Of a DNA stretch of 64,000 nt, positions 8,716 through 18,600 are shown piece after piece. The DNA is from Candidatus Velthaea sp. Its GTDB lineage: Bacteria > Vulcanimicrobiota > Vulcanimicrobiia > Vulcanimicrobiales > Vulcanimicrobiaceae. The notes beneath the pieces are model-generated. The model ran no database searches and was not told the origin of the DNA. It was given only the letters and a program-made list of their open reading frames with translations. Every line of letters starts with the position of its first letter. Within the stretch, counting starts at the first letter, position 1. Where the stretch lies: positions 88,759-152,758 of the forward strand of contig CBDCBO010000012.1 in NCBI GenBank assembly GCA_965214335.1, in the 5' to 3' direction. The translations under genes were made by a program, and so were the position numbers.

Positions 8716-10428
8716 ATGCCGTCGCTCCGCTCGATCCTCATGACGCTCAGCGTTATCGCTGCGCTGACAACCTCCAGCGCGGCGGCGCGGGCGCCCCACC
8801 GCGGGCCCGTCGTCGTCGGACAACTGGCCTTGCCCACCGCGGGACCGCTCCCGGCGGCAAGCGGGCTGCTCGTTACCGGAATCTATGTCACGGCGCCGAT
8901 CGTACTCGACGGCGTCGTTTTGTTTCGCGTCGCCGCCCCGATCAACGCGCCGGTGGCGCAGTTGCCGATCGGCACGCGCGTGGCCGACGTCCAAGCAGCG
9001 CTCGGCCGGCTCGTCGCCGAATCCGGCGGCGGCCTCAACGCCCGAACTGATTTCGATCCGGCGACGTTGCGGGTGCACGTGAAGCGCGAAGGCGACGTCG
9101 CCGTTCTGCTGGCCGCCGACACAAAGCATTCCGACCCGGTACCGGTGGTGACCATTACAAGCGTTGATGCGCAATCCAACGGGACCGACGTCGACACGCT
9201 CGCCGCTCAGTGGCAGAGCACGTTGCAAAGTGCCCTTATCCGGGCGCTCGAAGTGCGTCAGCCGGCGGTTGAAAAACGCAGCCTGGAACGCATCGCCCGG
9301 GTGGCCATCGCACTCGTGGCAATCTCGCTCTTGGTGCTCCCGATTTTGCGGTTTTTATGGCAGCGCATGGAGCGCTTGGAAAGCCGGCTCGCGGAGCGTA
9401 CACGTACGTTGGCCGCGGCCGCACCGGAATCGCCCGAGCAGGCCGCCGCCGACGCGCGCCGGCGACGCTTCTTTATTTTGGCCTTGCGTGAACTCGCACC
9501 CGCGCAGCGACTAAGTCTATATGGCGCGATCGCCGAGACGATCGTGTGGGCGCTGGTGCTGGCATGGTTCATCAGCGTCACGTGGAGTCTCTCGCTGTTC
9601 GCGGAAACGTCGCCGCTGGCCGAAGGCATCATCCACGCCGCGATCGGCGTCGTCACGACGATCATCATCACCGGACTGCTCAATCGCATCTTGGATATCG
9701 TTATCTCGCGCGCGGCGACCGCGTGGCGTTTGCGGCGGACCGGCAACTCGGAAGATCGCGCCCGGCTGCTGCTGCGCATTCCGACCATCTCGCGCGCCGT
9801 CGCCGGCGCCAAGACGTTCGTATTGATCTTCATCGCCGTGCTTTCGGTGTTCGGTCAGATCGGCGTACCGATCGGATCGGTGGTGACGATCGGCGGCTTG
9901 GCGGCAATTGCGCTATCGCTGGCGGCCCAGAACTTCGTGCGCGATTTCCTCAACGGGTTTCTCGTGCTCTTTGAGGACCAATACGTCGTCGGCGACTATG
10001 TCACGATCAATGCCTTTAGCGGCAGCGTCGAACGCCTGACCTTACGGATGGTGCAAATACGCGACGCCGCCGGCGACCTCATCACCGTCCCGCATAGTTC
10101 GGTCGTCAACGTCGTGAATCAATCGCGCAATTGGTCGCGGGTCGATTACCGCGTGCCGGTCGACGCGGCGGCCGACATCGCACAAGCGATCGCCATCGTC
10201 GCAGCGCAGATCGCGGCGCTGGCCGCCGAGGGCGATTGGATGCACGGCATTAGTGAACCCGTTGAGTGGATCGGCATCGATAGTCTAAGCCGCGACGCGG
10301 TGATCGTGCGTGCATCGATAAAGACGGCGCCGCTCCGTCAATTCGAGCTGCGCCGTCAGATTAACGACCGGGTCCGCGTTGCGTTCGTTCGGGCCGGAAT
10401 TGGCCTCGGTGCACCGCTGCCGGCGTAA
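8716..10428 (+). CDS. mechanosensitive ion channel (MscS family) with a large N-terminal extension
   Basis: Sequence FVRDFLNGFLVLFEDQYVVGDYVTINAFSGSVERLTLRMVQIRDAAGDLITVPHS is the MscS pore-lining/beta-domain signature. Several TM segments precede it. Confidence 0.8.
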   Translation: MPSLRSILMTLSVIAALTTSSAAARAPHRGPVVVGQLALPTAGPLPAASGLLVTGIYVTAPIVLDGVVLFRVAAPINAPVAQLPIGTRVADVQAALGRLVAESGGGLNARTDFDPATLRVHVKREGDVAVLLAADTKHSDPVPVVTITSVDAQSNGTDVDTLAAQWQSTLQSALIRALEVRQPAVEKRSLERIARVAIALVAISLLVLPILRFLWQRMERLESRLAERTRTLAAAAPESPEQAAADARRRRFFILALRELAPAQRLSLYGAIAETIVWALVLAWFISVTWSLSLFAETSPLAEGIIHAAIGVVTTIIITGLLNRILDIVISRAATAWRLRRTGNSEDRARLLLRIPTISRAVAGAKTFVLIFIAVLSVFGQIGVPIGSVVTIGGLAAIALSLAAQNFVRDFLNGFLVLFEDQYVVGDYVTINAFSGSVERLTLRMVQIRDAAGDLITVPHSSVVNVVNQSRNWSRVDYRVPVDAAADIAQAIAIVAAQIAALAAEGDWMHGISEPVEWIGIDSLSRDAVIVRASIKTAPLRQFELRRQINDRVRVAFVRAGIGLGAPLPA

Positions 10429-10443
10429 CTCGGGGGAAACGAG

Positions 10444-11136
10444 CTACAGGTGGCACACCCCGGCGACGTTCGAGCCTAACGAACACGGCGCTGCGACGGG
10501 TGCCGCCGAACCACCACCACCGCCACCGCCGACTAGGCTCGCCGCGATCGGCGCCAACAGGCCCAGGAACGGCAAGCCACTGGTGTGGGCGACGGGCGCG
10601 GCGTAGGCGGCCACCGGAACCGGAGCGCCGGCTGCCGCGACGGTTTGCGGAACGTCGAACGTTACGGGTGTCGCCGGCACGATTGCCGGTCGCGGTGCGA
10701 CGTATGCGACGGCGCGCACGGCTTTGGGCTGTTTTGCCACCGCAACGACCGGTGGCCGCTGCGCGATCGCCCGACCGCGATTCATTGAAAGATTGCCGCA
10801 GATGCGCGGAACGATGACCGTCGTACCGTCAGCGAGATTCACTTCCCAACCCATCGTTCCGCTCGGCACGACAACATTGCGCAGCGCGTACACCTGGCCG
10901 TTGCGGCGATGAACGCCGGCCATCGCATCGATGTGGCGCGGCAACCGAACGTAAATGGCGTCGCCGTCGGTCAAGGCCTGACGAAACTCGGCGTATTCAC
11001 GCCGCGTGAGCCCGATCTTCGCGGCCGCCTCGGTATAGGCCGAAGCGCGATCTTGGGTCACGGCATAGATGTCCGCCACGCGAACGGGTTGCGCGGGGCT
11101 CATCCGATCGACATACAAATTTACCGGGATCGACAT
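10444..11136 (-). CDS. hypothetical protein with a poly-Gly near the C-terminus
   Basis: Internal ATG at 11136 has GGAGG 9 nt upstream. Product is MSIPVNLYVDRMSPAQPVRV... with a C-terminal GGGGGG. No family recognised. Confidence 0.5.
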   Translation of the reverse strand: MSIPVNLYVDRMSPAQPVRVADIYAVTQDRASAYTEAAAKIGLTRREYAEFRQALTDGDAIYVRLPRHIDAMAGVHRRNGQVYALRNVVVPSGTMGWEVNLADGTTVIVPRICGNLSMNRGRAIAQRPPVVAVAKQPKAVRAVAYVAPRPAIVPATPVTFDVPQTVAAAGAPVPVAAYAAPVAHTSGLPFLGLLAPIAASLVGGGGGGGSAAPVAAPCSLGSNVAGVCHL

Positions 11137-11265
11137 ACGTACTATCCTCCACGAACGATCGATACAGCTGAGCTCGTCGGCAAACCATATTTGCGGGCCG
11201 CTCACGTAGATACAATTTTGCGCCAAGACAGCGAGCGCTACGCCCGCCTACTGTGCATGTTTGTT

Positions 11266-11279
11266 AGGACCTAGGTCCT
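11266..11279. repeat. perfect 14-bp palindrome AGGACCTAGGTCCT
   Basis: Read directly from the sequence. It lies ~130 bp upstream of the start of the 10444..11136 gene. Confidence 0.6.
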
Positions 11280-11561
11280 GGTAGGAAAACGGGAATGCTG
11301 AAACGAGCGAACTGCTAACTACAGTTGCGCACGATAACGCTGCGGTAATCCGTGGGACGCACCAGTGTCTGCGACGATGCAGCCACGGGCCTCCGGCAGA
11401 CCAACGCACATATCTGCAGCGGAGTTCCGGTTCAAGCAAACCCGCTATTTGTAGAACGATGTTCCGCGGCGGTTAGATGGCCGCGGACGCAGTCCGATAG
11501 CGTTTGCGCGCCTTTCACAACCGGTCGGCGATGGCGGAGTGGCCGGCATTTAGCCGGCCGA

Positions 11562-11645
11562 TTGACGTTTTACGACGCGTCCTTTCCGGTTGACGTCGTA
11601 CGACGGGTCGTTTCCGGCTGATGTTCTCCGACGGGTCATTTAGTG
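11562..11645. repeat. three tandem imperfect 28-nt direct repeats
   Basis: R1 is TTGACGTTTTACGACGCGTCCTTTCCGG. R2 is TTGACGTCGTACGACGGGTCGTTTCCGG (24/28 identical to R1). R3 is CTGATGTTCTCCGACGGGTCATTTAGTG. Confidence 0.7.
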
Positions 11646-11733
11646 AGGCGCAACTCGTAATCGATAAGCGCTCGACATGATGCGAGCCCCACGGACTCGC
11701 ACCGACACAGGCTTTACGACAGCGTGGCTAGAT

Positions 11734-14151
11734 TTAAGGTGCGCGCCGGCGCGGTAATGCTTGCACGCGAGCACGTCGTGGATAGCGGCTTTCCAGCGCT
11801 CGGTGTTGTGCCAAATGGAACGCCTGGCTGCGAAGTTTCATCAACGCTTGGCCACCAGTTGCCGTTCCGCTGGGCCCTAAGTAGACTGCGGTGGGCAGAC
11901 CGCTTTGCAGCGGAAGTTTATAGACCGGGCCGATATCCGTATGAACTCCGGTAACGCCATTCGTATTATAGACGTCGATTTCGGGGCTTATGATCGGATT
12001 ACCATTAATATTGCATTGTGGTGCAAGATTGACCACATAAACATACCCAGCGCTAACGGCCAAGTATTGACCGCCCTCGCTGTTGCCGATCGGAAAGGCA
12101 CAACCAAAGCCGCCTACCGTATCGCCGCCCATAATGAAGTATGGTACGAGGTCGACATTTTGCTGATACGCCCCCACTCCTAGAAGTTGCGAAGATATCT
12201 GATAAGCGGTCAAATAGTAGTGTTGTTGGAGGTCAGCGCATTGCGTATATAGCGCATCGTTAGGATCCGGAGTTGCAAGTGAATTGATCGGCGCATTGGC
12301 GCTCGGTGGCGGACAACTGGAAACTCCAGGCCAATACGTCGACAATCCGTCCGCGGAAACTAATGACTGATTGCCGGTCAGAACGTAGAGTGTTGTGCCA
12401 TCAACAACAGCGGCCGCAGGAGCGCCTTGAGAGCCGCCGATTGAGGATGTCAGACCTGCGATAGCCGAGAAAGGTGCAACGTTTTTATTATTCCCCGCTG
12501 TTGCGACGGTCAAAAGCGCCGCCGGGTTGGTCAAACTTTGAGCGTCCCCGTTCGTCGGAGTATCGATCCAAAACGCCGGCATATACGCATAGCCGTTGCC
12601 GTCGAAGGCAACCCCCGCTGGACTACTAAGAAAACATCCGCCGCGTACATGGAACTCCGAATAGCAATTCCAGCCCAGATTGAATAGTGGTGCGCCACCA
12701 TTGTTCTGCGCCGCGAAACCGGTGATGAAATCCGTCGAACCATAGTCTGCGACATACAGCGCATTTGCGGCAGTATTGTAATACAGAGCTTCGGGCTGGC
12801 CCACGCCGTTATAATTTAGCGGTACCGGATCGACAAGCGTAGGCACCGGTGAACCAACAGCGTTTGGCGGATAGCCCAACACATAATTCACGTCTACGTT
12901 GCTATCGAAGCAGTTCGGAAAAAGGTAGATCGTTCCGATGGCTGATACTGCAACGGCGCCGGTGCCATTGCCGATCTGCGCGCTACTCTGCGGCGCGGGC
13001 GCGCACGATGTACTATTTCCAGATAAAATCGACGGAGGCAGCTGTAACGGGCTGAACTGCAACACGCGATCGGGAGTCGGGACGGGGTTTGGATAGATAC
13101 CTGATGCGATCTTCGTTCCGAACCGATATTCGCTAATGGTATCGCTCTGCCCGTCGGCGACGTAGAGGCTGAGCCCGTTGGGCACCGGGGTACTGGACGG
13201 GCGAGGCGACACGGAAGGCAAGCTGGTCGGCACGCTCGTCGGCACCGGAGTAACTGGAACGGTCGGCGTTGGCGACGATCCCGGAGCAAGCACGTTCACG
13301 GGGAGTTGCGATGCGTTGACCGCCGCACCGTTTTCATCTTGACTCACTGCCGCAACGAGCGTGCCGAACGACTGGCCGCCGGTGTAATGCAGCACGAGCG
13401 GCTTTTGCAGCGGCCCCGGTACCGAAACCGATGTCGCACCGTTCAGACTGAAGTTTGCCGAATCCGAAACGCTCACCGTAATCGGCGTGACGAAGAGTGC
13501 CGAGCCGACGATGGTTGCGCCGGCCGCATCAAGCGCTTGCACCAACACGCTTTGGTCCTGCGCTACACCCAACACGACGCTCAATGAAGCCGGTGCCAGA
13601 ACGATATTGGCAACATAGCCGCCGATGCTCAACGCGGCCGCCGCTCCGCCGATCGCCGGATTCGCCGTTGCCGGTACCGCCACATCAACGAAACCGGTGG
13701 AAATTAAAGCCCCGGTTGCGTTAATGCCCACGTAGGTTTGAACGAAGTAACGGTTCACTCCCAACGCTGCGGGAATATTCTTCACCGGGATCACGCAACC
13801 GGCAGTCGAGGCTTGACAACTCACCGGGACGTTGACCGGTGCGATCGCGGGCGGTGCCTGCTGCGGTGACACGCCATTGATTTCAGCCAGAATCAAGAGC
13901 ACCGAACCCGTTTTAGTCGAAACGTACGGCGTCGTCGCCGCGGTCGCGGAGCGACGCCCTTTTGCGCTCGTAGCGGCCGTGGTCGACGGAACGTTGATTT
14001 GAAAGGTGATGTGCTGGTTGAACGCTACGGACGCACCGCCGCCCGGCAGCGTTATCTGAGGCGCGGGCACAGCCGAGCCCGATCCGCCGCCGGAACATCC
14101 CAGCATACTCACGAGCGCGATCGCGGATAGGCACCAAAACACGGTTCTCAT
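11734..14151 (-). CDS. large lipoprotein, N-terminal Ig-like region, Pro/Thr/Ser linker, C-terminal beta-propeller-like region; function unknown
   Basis: Lipobox MRTVFWCLSAIALVSMLGC. Linker SSPTPTVPVTPVPTSVPTSLPSVSPRPSSTPVP. LYVADxxS / YVYVVN-type repeats. The last ~35 residues are Arg-rich and may be out of frame. Confidence 0.65.
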   Translation of the reverse strand: MRTVFWCLSAIALVSMLGCSGGGSGSAVPAPQITLPGGGASVAFNQHITFQINVPSTTAATSAKGRRSATAATTPYVSTKTGSVLLILAEINGVSPQQAPPAIAPVNVPVSCQASTAGCVIPVKNIPAALGVNRYFVQTYVGINATGALISTGFVDVAVPATANPAIGGAAAALSIGGYVANIVLAPASLSVVLGVAQDQSVLVQALDAAGATIVGSALFVTPITVSVSDSANFSLNGATSVSVPGPLQKPLVLHYTGGQSFGTLVAAVSQDENGAAVNASQLPVNVLAPGSSPTPTVPVTPVPTSVPTSLPSVSPRPSSTPVPNGLSLYVADGQSDTISEYRFGTKIASGIYPNPVPTPDRVLQFSPLQLPPSILSGNSTSCAPAPQSSAQIGNGTGAVAVSAIGTIYLFPNCFDSNVDVNYVLGYPPNAVGSPVPTLVDPVPLNYNGVGQPEALYYNTAANALYVADYGSTDFITGFAAQNNGGAPLFNLGWNCYSEFHVRGGCFLSSPAGVAFDGNGYAYMPAFWIDTPTNGDAQSLTNPAALLTVATAGNNKNVAPFSAIAGLTSSIGGSQGAPAAAVVDGTTLYVLTGNQSLVSADGLSTYWPGVSSCPPPSANAPINSLATPDPNDALYTQCADLQQHYYLTAYQISSQLLGVGAYQQNVDLVPYFIMGGDTVGGFGCAFPIGNSEGGQYLAVSAGYVYVVNLAPQCNINGNPIISPEIDVYNTNGVTGVHTDIGPVYKLPLQSGLPTAVYLGPSGTATGGQALMKLRSQAFHLAQHRALESRYPRRARVQALPRRRAP

Positions 14152-14153
14152 GG

Positions 14154-14447
14154 TCAGCTGCCTCCGGGGAGGGTGACGGTCGTGGTGATGAGCAGTGGAT
14201 ACGTCGTCGTGATGTCGGCTTGTCCAGAATGTCCGTCGCCGTTGGTTATGGGTGGCGCTTGGCTCGTATTGAACGGATACGATGACTCGTAGGCCGGATA
14301 ATCAAAGCCGACCGCCGCCACCGACGTTAAGAATATTGACGACGTCGTAACGCCGCCGCCGTTCGTCGCGGCCAGCGCATTTTCTGCGGCAAGGTCGCTC
14401 GCGGTGCAGAACGTGTGCGTCGGCTGTCCGGTCAGCAGACCGGGGGG
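14154..14447 (-). other. open -1 frame (~93 codons) that bridges the lipoprotein stop to the next gene; probable frameshifted C-terminal extension
   Basis: The frame reads ..GLLTGQPTHTFCTASDLAAEN..DITTTYPLLITTTVTLPGGS, stays open, and ends 2 nt before ATG 14151. The junction lies at a C6 run on the coding strand (G6 at 14442..14447 on the + strand). Confidence 0.45.
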
Positions 14448-15676
14448 CCAAGCGACGGGCTCAAAAACAAGGTTTGTGGACCGGGCGCGTGCGTCACGAG
14501 CGCGTAGTGGTCGACAAAACTTTTGCCGCCCAGCGTGCGGCCCGTAAGATCGCAATCGGCCGTCACGATGGTAACGACGGCTTCGCGCAAGCCAGTCGGC
14601 ACGTTGACGCTGAGCGTCCCGCTGCCATCAGGATTGATCTGCAATACGGGCTGCGGAAACGCCGGCAGTGGTGCCCCAATCGCCAAGTGCGCGGTTTGGG
14701 TGAGCGTGCTCGACGTCGAGTAATCCGCGCTCGTCGGCACACTAACCGAAAGCGAATAGCTGCCACTCAGCGGCGTCGCGGTGAAATCGGTGAAGCCCAG
14801 CGGGTAGCCGACAAAGTAACTGTAGTTCCCATAGCCTTGGGGCGACGGCCACGCCGGTGGACCGCCGAAATACTGCACGGGGAAGGCCGGATCGCTAAAT
14901 GCTCCGGATGGAACGCACGTGCTCGGACACGTACAAAACGCCGGCCCAAAGATGCTCGCTCCGCTCGTTACCGGTAGCGCTAGTTCGGCAGAACGCACGA
15001 GATCGGCGACGCCCAACGTCTGGCCGGCGGCGATCGCGAATCCTGAACCGTTCACCGCCGGCGGCGAACCGAAAAACGAACCGGTTCCGCCGCCGTTGCC
15101 GGGATTGACCCCGGCCCCTGTCCCGATATAATTCGTGCCGATGCCTTCGCAGGGCTGCGTGTTCACGGGCTGCGTTGTCGCGATCGACGCGATGTCGGCA
15201 TTCGACACCAGATTGTCGGCGGCTAAACCGTAACCAAATACGCCGACGAACGGCCCAAAGCCGTTGCCCAGCGACGCCGGCAGCGCGATTGTCGATGCTT
15301 TCTTGCCGGCGGCGCGGATCTGTGCCGCGAGCGCGCCGAGCTGCGCGGGTGTTTCACCCGAAATGTGGTTGGAGTTACCCAATAACGGACCGAAATTGAG
15401 GCCGGCAGGACCGGTCAAGGTCGGCGTGTTGACACCGGTCGCATTATTGCCGTTGGGCTGCCGGAACGTCGCGACGACGTTGAGACCCAGCGCCGAAGCG
15501 CCGTTCGCCGTGCCGATCGTCGCGGTACCGACGGCGAACTGCAAGATACTTTGCGTTGCGACGTTGGGCGTGGCGACCGGTGGAACCGAACCAGCCTGAC
15601 CGGAAGAACATGCCGCAAAACCAGCAATACAGATCAATCCGGCAATGCGCTGGAAAATCGGGGAGACGTTGATCAC
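14432..15676 (-). CDS. lipoprotein of unknown function (as sequenced; may continue to 14154 after a -1 shift)
   Basis: GTG at 15676 overlaps the receptor stop (GTGA). The product begins (M)INVSPIFQRIAGLICIAGFAAC, a signal peptide with a lipobox. The track ORF start at 15838 lies inside the upstream gene. Confidence 0.65.
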   Translation of the reverse strand: MINVSPIFQRIAGLICIAGFAACSSGQAGSVPPVATPNVATQSILQFAVGTATIGTANGASALGLNVVATFRQPNGNNATGVNTPTLTGPAGLNFGPLLGNSNHISGETPAQLGALAAQIRAAGKKASTIALPASLGNGFGPFVGVFGYGLAADNLVSNADIASIATTQPVNTQPCEGIGTNYIGTGAGVNPGNGGGTGSFFGSPPAVNGSGFAIAAGQTLGVADLVRSAELALPVTSGASIFGPAFCTCPSTCVPSGAFSDPAFPVQYFGGPPAWPSPQGYGNYSYFVGYPLGFTDFTATPLSGSYSLSVSVPTSADYSTSSTLTQTAHLAIGAPLPAFPQPVLQINPDGSGTLSVNVPTGLREAVVTIVTADCDLTGRTLGGKSFVDHYALVTHAPGPQTLFLSPSLGPPVC

Positions 15677-18600
15677 AGCGCCACCTGAACGTAGACACGG
15701 ACGGCGATCGGAGCTTGATTGGGGTAGACGATATACGGTTTGGCGCTCGAGCCGACCGTTTGTTGCGCGCCGTGAAAGGTATCGCTCACCGACGGCGCGC
15801 CGCTCGATGCGCACAAGCCGGTCGTCACGAGTTGACAATCGAGCGTGAAATTGGCCAGCGGTACGCTGGCGACGTTATCGAATAAGTTCGTGAACGCCAC
15901 CCCGTACGTCACACCATATTTGCCGCCCGGCGGAGTCATTTCGATCGTTAGATCGGTGTTGAGCGTCGGATGCGACAGCAAGCTGCCCGGTCCACTTAAC
16001 GCGGACTCCAAGCCGCGTGTCGCGGCCAGATTTGGGCTGGTAACCGAGCCCGGATTCTGCGGATTCACGGCACCTGATGCCAGCACGTTCGAGTAGCCGT
16101 TGAGAAACAGCGCGTTGGAGTACGGAATATACACCGGCACGCCGTTGACATTGAACGCTTCATACGTCCCGGCACCGTACGGGTAGCCGCTCTTGAGCGT
16201 GAAAATCGGATTGATCCGCAGCCCGCCCCGTGTCCGGTACGTCAGCGCCAGCGTGCTTTGGAACGGCGCTAACGTCGGCGAATGATAGAGCAAACCTTGC
16301 TGCACCGACGCCGTGGGTAAATAGTCGCCCGGCGGATCGTTGCCGATTTGATTGATATAGGTGGCGGAGAATGTACCCGTCAGCCCGGTCGGCTTTAGTG
16401 GTGTCGTCGCCTGGAACTCCAAGCCGGTCGCGCTTTGAATGCCTAAATTTGATTGCACCGGCGGGCTCAGCTGCTGGGTGCCCGTCGTCGTATCGATGCC
16501 CAGCAGCGATTGCGACGTTTCGACGATATTATAGCCGCGCCGATAGAACGGCGTTACCTTGACCGCGGCACCGGTCCGAAACTCGTGGGAATACGAGAAA
16601 TCGTAGTTGGTAAACGATGCGCCTTGCAGGGGATACGTGATTTCCGACTGCTGTGCGTAACGTGCGTTGCGGATCAGCCAATATAGTTGCTGTCCGTAGC
16701 TCGTGCACGTTTGGTTACCTAGAACGTACGTGTTGCCCAAGATCGTCGTCGGCTGACCCGGACCGCAGTACGTGGCGGCCTTGCCGGTGACGCTGTCGTA
16801 CGACGGAATTTTGGCGAACGCGGCAAAGGCACTGGGGTCGATATTGTTCCCGATGAAGGTCGGCAACGGGATCGACAGCGTGCGCCCGAAATTCAAGCGC
16901 AACGCGTCGTGACTACCGAGCCGGTACGCGATGCCGCCGTGCGGCTCGTAGAGGCGCTGATGGCGTAATCCGTCGACTGCGGGCGGATTGAGCGGATCGT
17001 CCGGAATGAGGAAGTTGTAGCCGTCCAGCCGCAACGCGGCCAGTACCTTGAGCCGCGCATTCGGGGCGAACGTGTCTTGCGCGTAGAGCGAATAGCTCTG
17101 CTGGTTGGCGGTCGGCGTTTCGACTTCGGGCGGCAATGCCGGAGCGCCACCCGGAAAAAATTTATTGAGATAGCCACAATTTTCTTGTGGAATCGATATG
17201 CGATTGGGCACGTAGATGCCGCCCGTCGCGAGCACCGCGCCGACGCAACCCGGCGTGCCTCCGACGATCTGACCTGAAGCGTTGAGCACGACCGGCTGCG
17301 GCGTCACAAAGTCGGCCAGAATGTCGTGGGTTCGCGCGCCAAAATTTATCGTACTCGACAGGGTTTCGTAGTTACCTTCATACGCGCCGGTGTAGTCGAT
17401 ATAGTTGATTTGCTCGCCGAAGGGATGCACGAATTCGTACTGGCCGCCAAGCTGCAGCGTGTGTTTGGTTCCCAATGCCTTGGTCACGTCGAACGCCACG
17501 CCGCGCCGGATTCCCCCGCTCTGCGGAACGTAGAGTCCTTGTGAGGGAAGCTCTTCACTAGCCGAATTGTCCGTGCGAAAGCCGCGCAGCTTGAGCACGG
17601 TCGTCGCATTGAGATTATTATCGTACTCGATCTTGTACGCGCCGAACGGGCTATCGATCGACTCCGGGGCGGACAGCTGCTGGCCCGGAACCGCGCCGTG
17701 GACCGGGGTGACGAAACGATTCACAAACGCCTGGCCGTCGTTCGTCAGCCCGCTAGGCGAACCGCTTGCGCCGAAGAGACCGGTCAGCGATTGGTTTGTC
17801 GAACCCGTCGGGTTGACCAGCGGATTGTTCAAAAAGAAAAATTCTTGCGGGACCGCCGCGAGTAGCCCATAGCCGCCGAAGTCCAAGCCTTCGTGCACGA
17901 CTTGGCTCTGACCGAAGAGTTGAATCGATTGGGCGTTGTCGTGACCGAATTTATAGACCAGATTATCGAGAAAGTCGCGCGAGTCTTGATGCGATTTATT
18001 GAAGAATGCCGTTGTGAAGATGCGCCGGTCCGCCGACGCGAACAGCGTGCTTTGAGCCGGATCGATCGTGGTCGGGTCGGCGGCGATCGATGCCGCGTTG
18101 ATGCCGTACGGACCGTACGCGAACGTGGTGTCTTCCGCGGTGAAGCTCATGTAGTTCGAGAGCCGCCCATTGCGGGTGGCCGTGCCCCACTCAAAACCGC
18201 GCTGGCCGCCGACCGTTATCGTGGTCTGCTCGAGATCGAAATTGGCGAAGCCCGGAAACGTCCCGCGTTTGGCGGTGGCCGAGATCAGCCCGGTGCCGGT
18301 ATTACCGTGGGTGGCGTCGCCGCCACCCGGAATAATTTCAATCGAGCCGACGCCGTTGAGCAGATAGTTCGAGCCCAGATTTTGAAAGCGATCCGATAAA
18401 CTCCGATTCGGTTCGTTATAGTCGATATTCTCGAACTCGAAACCACCTTCGAACGACGTGCCGCCGCGAATGAGCGCCGTACCGTTTTTGTCGATCGTCA
18501 CGCTGGGAAGTTCGCTGAGCAGTTCTTTAGCGTTGGTGTTAAAGGTTTTGCCCAGCAACTGCTCGATCGCCGCAGCATTGACCGTAATGCGGTCAACGGT

